Shown here piece by piece: positions 57,404-64,000 of a DNA stretch of 64,000 bases. The stretch covers positions 16,120,001-16,184,000 of the forward strand of contig NC_043016.1 in assembly GCF_006345805.1 (NCBI RefSeq), written 5' to 3'. Position 1 is the stretch's first letter. Every line of letters begins with the position of its first letter. The DNA is from Octopus sinensis. Taxonomy: Eukaryota. The position numbers and the translations under genes are program-made. The notes under the pieces were generated by a model, which saw only the letters and a list, made by a program, of their open reading frames with translations, was not told where the DNA came from and searched no databases.

Positions 57404-57700
57404 GGGTAAAATAGGTCTCCGTGCCAAGTCCAAAGACCACTTTGCTTATATTCGGTTCTTATCTTTTCTTTAGAATCATTTCTTTTCACCATTTTCTCCA
57501 ATGTTTCTTCATTTCGTTTTGTGTGAACCTTGGCGTTTTTTTCCTTTCATATGAAGGATACCAACATTTTCCCAAGTGTTGAAATCCTAAAAATTCCAGA
57601 ATAAATGTTGACTATGGAAATGGATTTAGCTGTACATGTATTTTGTCCTTTCCGTTAGTTGTTGCACTCGTCTTTGACCATTATATTGAACTTTCCATTC
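56815..57700. mobile_element. Old MITE-like element with ~170-bp diverged terminal inverted repeats
   Basis: 56815-56990 aligns with the reverse complement of 57510-57700 (ttaggatttc, tatccttcat, aaaacgccaaggttcaca and caacaact blocks). Confidence 0.7.
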
Positions 57701-57780
57701 TATCGTACAGTTTGTCATAACTAATTTATATACATATACACGTGCAAACATACATGCGCATATACATACATACAAATATG

Positions 57781-57814
<34 letters not shown>

Positions 57815-57815
57815 A

Positions 57816-57879
<64 letters not shown>

Positions 57880-57887
<8 letters not shown>

Positions 57888-58115
57888 ATGCGCCCTTTTA
57901 AAGCCTAACCAGGCTCATGGACCCGGTTTCCCGGTTTCAATGGCGTATGTTTCCCCCAGCTGGACGGGACACCAGTCCATCGCAGCGTTACTCATTTTTT
58001 CCAGCTGAGTGGACTGGAGTAACGTGAAATGAAGTGTGTTGCTCAAGAACACAACGCATCGCCCGGTCCAGGGGCGATAATGATGCTGACACCCTAACCA
58101 CTAAGCCACGCGCCT

Positions 58116-58120
<5 letters not shown>
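57880..58120 (-). mobile_element. SINE family D copy
   Basis: Minus head gaggcgcgtggcttagtggttagggtgtcagc...gttgtgttcttgagcaacacac. Confidence 0.82.
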
Positions 58121-58154
<34 letters not shown>

Positions 58155-58792
58155 CAATGTACCCCGGTATTGCTCGGGTGTTATGACCTACAGCCACATT
58201 GTATTATTTATTCCTTTTTTATCGGCAAAATCGACACACGAGGAGTATGAAGCAAACAACTATTCTTAATAAACATGCTTTTCGGTCATTTTCTGATGAA
58301 CAACGCTTGCAATTTCCGTGTCTCAAATTTCGTCACAAGTCTGTGGTTGGCCTAGGGCTATAGTAGAAAACACTTGCCCAAAGTACCGTGCAGAAGGATT
58401 GAACATGGAACCATGTGGTTGGGAAGCAAACTTCTCAACTACACAGTCATTCTTGTATCTAGTATGTGTGTGTGTATGTGTTTCCATTTGTTGTTAAATC
58501 GAGTATTGTGTCCCACTATGTCTCAAAGTTAGCAGTTCATCAAGGAGAGATCTATAAAATAAATGCTTGATTGAAATACGTACAGATGTCAGTATGATCA
58601 ATTAAATTTCTAAAGGTGACACCCCATCATGGCGACAGTCGAAAGACTAAACTCAGTAAAATTATGTTTAAATACCTAATGGCTTCAAATTCATGGTAAT
58701 GGATTACTAACCACAAGATAATGAGTTCAAAACTTGCAGATTTCTTTAACAATTATTGTCCCAAATATTCTGAGAAAAAGTAATTTTTTCAC

Positions 58793-58828
<36 letters not shown>

Positions 58829-58902
58829 CGCACACGCACACACGCACACACGCACACACACACACGTACACACACACACACACACGCACGCACACACACA
58901 CA

Positions 58903-58934
<32 letters not shown>

Positions 58935-59698
58935 CACGCACGCACACACAGGTGTTTCTATGGTAACTTGAACTACTACAAAGCAGCTAAATCCCTCTTA
59001 GAACACACCCTTTCACCAAATGAAAGACACAGATATACAGTATTTCAGGAAGAAAAAAACAACAACAAAATCTATGCAATGGGTCTGCTACTTCACAGCC
59101 AGCTAACTCTAGGCTAAACAAAACACAGACAAACATACGTCACATTAAAAGATTATCTACTAAATAATACTAATAAAGTTAACGGTATATCTTCGAAGTC
59201 TCATTCCCTGGTAAAACTTCATGTATTTTAAACATTTTCTCATTATGCTCTACGTAAGACATATTGTTCAGACAGAGTTACCTCCCTTAGCTAAAGACCT
59301 TAAAATTGTGCGACCCGACCACGTGTCCAAGGTTATTTTTGTAGTAAAAAAAAGTTGAGTTGTTATTTGGTAGCCGAAAGATTACTGAATATTTTGATAT
59401 CTAATACGTCAAAATCGGCAACTCATGTATATCTATACATGTGTGCGTGTGTGTGGATATGTGTGTATGTATGGGTACGTACAAACACATATATGTTTGT
59501 GTGTGTATGTGCATGTACATATACATGTTTGTGTGAGTGCGTACGTATGTAGACGTTGTGAACGCAGGAGGTTTTATGTCTATGTATTGTGAGAATATGG
59601 TTGCGTGTATTTTTATCTTTTATCTTTTTTTCTATTCTTTTACTTATTAGAGTAACTTCCCTTTTATTCAACGGTTTTTCATAGCGTCTATTGCCATT

Positions 59699-59759
59699 AA
59701 TGGCCGACGAGAATTCATTGTAGCTCTTCGTTCCGACATTCGAAACTCCGAATACTATT
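59699..59759 (+). ncRNA. Degenerate minimal hammerhead-like motif
   Basis: aaugg CCGACGA gaau[...]auuc GAAA c[uccga]a UA cuauu; stems I and II pair, with two deviations from consensus. Confidence 0.4.
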
Positions 59760-59929
59760 ATGATAACCTTTTACTGTTTATTCTGAATTACACACACACA
59801 CACACACACATGTATGTATACATGTAAACAGAAAGAAAGCAAAGACTGAAGATTTTCAGACAATAAATATTTAAGTATGAATATATAAATATTTATATAT
59901 TAATAGATCAAGCACACAGAATATAAAAC

Positions 59930-60870
59930 GACAGAAAACATTAAAGGGAAGGAGTTAAGGTGTTATAAGCCCAGCAGCTGTTTCTAGGGACTCAGAGATC
60001 CATAATAACGTTAACAGGTGTAGTTCACCAAAATATGCAGCCAGTAATGGAAGCAAATAAACATTGGAAAAACCGAGCCTCCGTCATCAGGGTAGATACA
60101 AGATCTTACACTTCAGATCATGATGCAGAGATGGAATGATTAGACGCGGGGCACAGGCAGTATTGGGGGGGGGGAGGAAGTAGGGGGCTCGGTGGGTGTG
60201 TGAGGAGTGCAGGGAAGATTGAAAGGAGATAAGAGAGTCAGTTGAGGAAGATAGAGGGGTGGTTAACAATCAGGGTATTTGGGAGGTAGTAATTGAAGGG
60301 TGGTCATGTGTTGTTGGGTTTGTGAATAGATGTAAAAATTTAGGGATAGGCTATAGAACTATGGGACGTTGAGACAGTGAGAAAGGGGTGGGGGAAATTA
60401 TCAGAGAGGTGAGGTAAAGGGCCTAATTCATAAATACTAGTAGGGTTGCTAAGGGAGGATTTCGAAGAAAGAAGATTGGCAGCGAAGGAAGATTACTAGG
60501 TTATGTAGACGGTATATGGAAAGATAAGGGGAAGTGGACAGAGTGAGGGGTAAGTTGGTAGTCAAGGCAACAGAAGTTAGTGCAAGATGGTTTAGATTGG
60601 AATGGGTGGGGAATCAAATAATGAGGGTGAGTTGGCGGCGGAGTGAGAGTAAGTAGGTATGTAGAAGTGTATGTGAGTAAATAGAGAGAAGTGGATAGAG
60701 AGGGCTGGAGGGGTGGATAGTTTGGTAGTTAAGTCAGTGGGGGTGGTTGCAAGTAGTTTTGGTTGAAGAGAAGACAGGAGAAAAAATGGGGAAAGAATAC
60801 AACGTGTGATAATGGGGTGACTGCAATAGGGGTGAGTGGGATGTGCTAGATTAGAGGAATGCGCATAGGT
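59930..60870 (-). mobile_element. Probable decayed Penelope-like 3' region / pLTR
   Basis: CT-rich low complexity on minus, ending in ctgatgacggag...tttcc (hammerhead-like remnant at about 60060-60095). No clean protein motif. Confidence 0.35.
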
Positions 60871-60879
60871 AATCATAAC

Positions 60880-61355
60880 AAGGAATAACTTAGTACAAAG
60901 GGTAGTGTTAGTGTTGTGCCAATTTCGGGCATTCGCAACGATGTGCCATACCGTTTCATCTTTTCACAACACATTCTGCATTTATTGCTGTCGGTAGTGT
61001 TGACTATTCTGCACTTCCTATAATTGGTGCTTAACGGCTGTTCCTGAGCTGCGCATATGAGTGCTTCTGTCTCTATCTTCAGGTCACTCCTCCTCATCTA
61101 TAGCCACTGGTCCTCTCTATCTGTCTTGGCGTCCACATCTCTTGCAAACTGACCGTACATTTTTTTCCTTCCGTGCTTTTTCTTTTTTCTTTTGTGTGTG
61201 TGTGTTCATTTTTTGTTTCAGTTTTCCTTTCCTTACACAATTTTCAGTTTTGATGACGGCTGTCTTCTTCGCATGTTTTAACAATGGTTCCACGGCATTT
61301 TTCATATACCACCCTAGGCTGTTTTCCTCTGCTTCGATACAGTCCTGGCGACTGA
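60880..61355 (-). mobile_element. R4/Dong-like retrotransposon fragment (post-RT region with CCHC motif)
   Basis: CIEAEENSLGWYMKNAVEPLL and SDLKIETEALICAAQEQPLSTNYRKCRI...KCRMC are characteristic of this clade; abuts (AAT)n. Confidence 0.85.
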
Positions 61356-61369
61356 TCATCATCATCATC

Positions 61370-61595
<226 letters not shown>

Positions 61596-61750
61596 AAGGC
61601 AGCGAGCTGGCAGAATCGTTAGCACGCCGGGCAAAATGCTTAGCAGTATTTCGCCCGCCTTTATGTTCTGAGTTCAAATTTTGCCGAGGTTGACTTTGCC
61701 TTTCATCCCTTCGGGATCCAATAAAATAAGTAATAGCTGAGCACTGGACT
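61596..61750 (+). mobile_element. SINE family C copy
   Basis: aaggcagcgagctggcagaatcgttagc...gagttcaaatttt...gactttgcctttcatcc. Confidence 0.85.
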
Positions 61751-61759
61751 TACCCCTCC

Positions 61760-62890
61760 TCATATTTCCACGGTTGGTATTGGTATTTCATAACGCTCCG
61801 GCCCCCACCCTCACCCCAGCCAAGAGTCGTAGCATGTTGAGGTAGACACTGAAGTCCACCCGGCGTTACAGATTGCCATGCGACCGAAACAGTTGGGCAA
61901 AGTGCTGCTAAAATGCCGCTCACATCAACTCAGGCTCGAGTACCGTGCTCCCGTTTTGGTCTACCAAAGACCAAATTGTGCCTTTGTTACTACGTTGTGC
62001 CTCTGCCACTCGGGCCAGTCGAGCGGCTTTCGTTCCTGTTTATCTTAGAGCACGCACCTTAGCTCTGACGATTCAACCTTCGTGTTTAGCGTGCGGTCCG
62101 CACGTCGGTTGTAATACCTTTTCTAAGCGTCTCTTCTAAATTTCTAACTAAATTACCTTTTATTTTATTCTTTTTTATCACTAATGTTTTACCTGATTCT
62201 ATTCTAATTGATTCTACTCTAATTGCCCACTTACGCTAAAAGTCGAGTCTTTCCTCGGAAAACCTCCAGAAGTCTGAAGAAATTCGGTTGTTCTGCTCTT
62301 ATCGGAGTACAAACAGTCACTAGTCTGAAGGCATTCCGTCACTAATGTTCACATTTAGGACCACCAATTTACCTTCTGAGTCCAGGAAGATAGTCCATAT
62401 CTTGAGATCCAGACTTCTCTGGAACAACACCGCAGTTCCACCCCCATTTCCAGTTGACATGGAGATAAATAGATCTTGTATCCACCGAAAATGGGCCTGA
62501 GAGCTTGTCGGTCGGAGAGTCTGGTTTCACTGATAGCCACAATATCTACACTTAGCGACCTGAGGTCGTTGATTAGATGGCCTTGTTTCCAAGACCACCG
62601 CTGGCTACGTGAATTTATGCTGCCTATGGTAAGCAAGGAATGGAAGCGGAAAGGGTTACCTACAGTGATTTTGTTGGCGGGGTGTGTGTGTATGTGGGGG
62701 GGATGTTCCGTCCCCATGGCTATATGTGGGTGCTTTCATGAGCACTTCTTTATACAGTATTTTGTTGGTATCTCTCCTGAAAGCCCCAACTCTTTCAGGA
62801 TATTTAGTTTTTATGGCGCTGTATGCTATTTGTGATGTTAGGATGACTTTTATTTGTTTTGGTATGTTGTTTGTTTTGTGTGATCTGTTA
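61760..62890 (-). mobile_element. Older Tx1/L1-clade LINE fragment (AP endonuclease plus linker, internally deleted)
   Basis: IGSINSRS...LINDLRSLSVDIVAISETRL (APE motif), AFRLVTVCTP...FFRLLEVF, and VRAKVRAL...AEAQRSNKGTIWSLVDQNG...QHFAQLF. Confidence 0.85.
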
Positions 62891-63045
62891 GGTCCTGCCG
62901 ATAACTAAATCGCTTCGATTTATTGTCGTTAGGGTTTTTTCTGTCTCCTACCCTTCAACCTGTCTGAAGATTTCTCTCCCTCCATCATAGCTCTCCGGGT
63001 CAATGGAGCACACAGGCAATTCACCGCGACAAGGTACCTGTTGAA

Positions 63046-63650
63046 TTGGCCGTTGACTACACAGTAGTGAGAGACGGTAAGTCACTGAAGGTAGTTGAAA
63101 ATTTCAAATACCTTGGTGCGTGGATACAAAGTACTGAAAAAGACATTGTAGCAAGGAAAGCTCTTGCCTGGAGCGCATGCCATAGATTGAGAAAGGTATG
63201 GAGTTCAAAGTTAGCCAGGAAATTGAAAGTGAGGTTGTTTCTGGCAACAGTGGAGTCTGTTCTTCTATACGGGGTTGAAACATGGATGCTCACTAAAGTA
63301 TTGAAGAAGCAGTTGGATGGTTATTATACAAGGATGCTTAGAATGGCACTCAATGTCTCCTGGAAGAGTCATACAACAAACACCGACTTATACCAGGGAC
63401 TACCAAAAGTAACACTGAAGATACAGCATAGAAGGATGAGGTCAGATGGACACCGCATCGGACACACCAAGGAAATTGCTAACAATCTCGTGTTCTGGAA
63501 ACCAACGAAGAACAAGGAGAGGAAAGAGGAAGCTGACCTATATCGACAACTTACTGGAGAATACTGGTATGGAAGGGGTAGAGGAGCTGAGGACCATTAC
63601 GGAAGATCGAGATGAACGGGGGAAACATGTGGGACGGCCTAGATGAGATT
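63046..63650 (+). mobile_element. RTE-clade LINE RT C-terminal fragment (distinct family)
   Basis: VENFKYLGAWIQSTEKDIVARKALAWSACHRLRKVWSSKL...VESVLLYGVETW...YTRMLRMALNVSWK. Confidence 0.9.
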
Positions 63651-64000
63651 GTTGGGGTGATTTGTCAGGTGTGTAGGGAGTCCGTATGGTCGAGCGTTCC
63701 ATCAGTCCTTTACTGTTCGTGTTTATTGTTGTGTTGTTGACGATGTTTGAATTTTGCTGGTGTTAGGATGTGCGATCGGAGGGTTGTGTGTGTGAACCAG
63801 GTTGCACTCGTGATGGTTGTGTCTGTGATAGTAGTGGTGGTGCTGGTGGGGGTGATATGGTTGACAATACTGGTGTGACTGCTGTTGGGGGTGGTATTTG
63901 TTTCTAAAGGCGTCACTCCCAACTCCGTTCATGCCAGCCAGTTTTTTTTTTGTGTTGATGTCGGTGTGTTTTTGTTTTTTCCCCTTTATTATGCCTGCCG

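Overview
AT-rich, repeat-dense animal genomic DNA. The SINE/LINE families look like those of an octopod cephalopod (inferred from recognising the repeats; not verified). One host gene is recognisable, a PPP4R4-like gene on the minus strand. Its candidate first coding exon (49288-49353, MTFYVKDPFSLDDECILTKTLK) joins in phase to a conserved 74-nt exon (12745-12818, SNEELESLTVAEDLSDIDRAVYIL) across a ~36.5 kb intron. I could not find the next exon in the window. Nearly all ORF-track entries are microsatellite translations. The rest is retroelement debris (RTE, Tx1/L1, R4/Dong-like, Penelope-like), at least three tRNA-type SINE families, MITE-like inverted-repeat elements and large micro/minisatellites. 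Most worth following up: (i) minimal Penelope-type hammerhead ribozyme motifs, two at the centre of fold-back palindromes; (ii) a near-perfect 393-bp palindrome carrying an exon-like unit on both strands; (iii) a young Tx1-like LINE sitting inside (GATA)n, plus R4/Dong-like pieces inside (TAA)n; (iv) unexplained exon-like frames that suggest a nested gene in the large intron; (v) many intronic inverted repeats that could form dsRNA. Repeat boundaries are approximate (about +/-20-30 bp) unless a junction is quoted.
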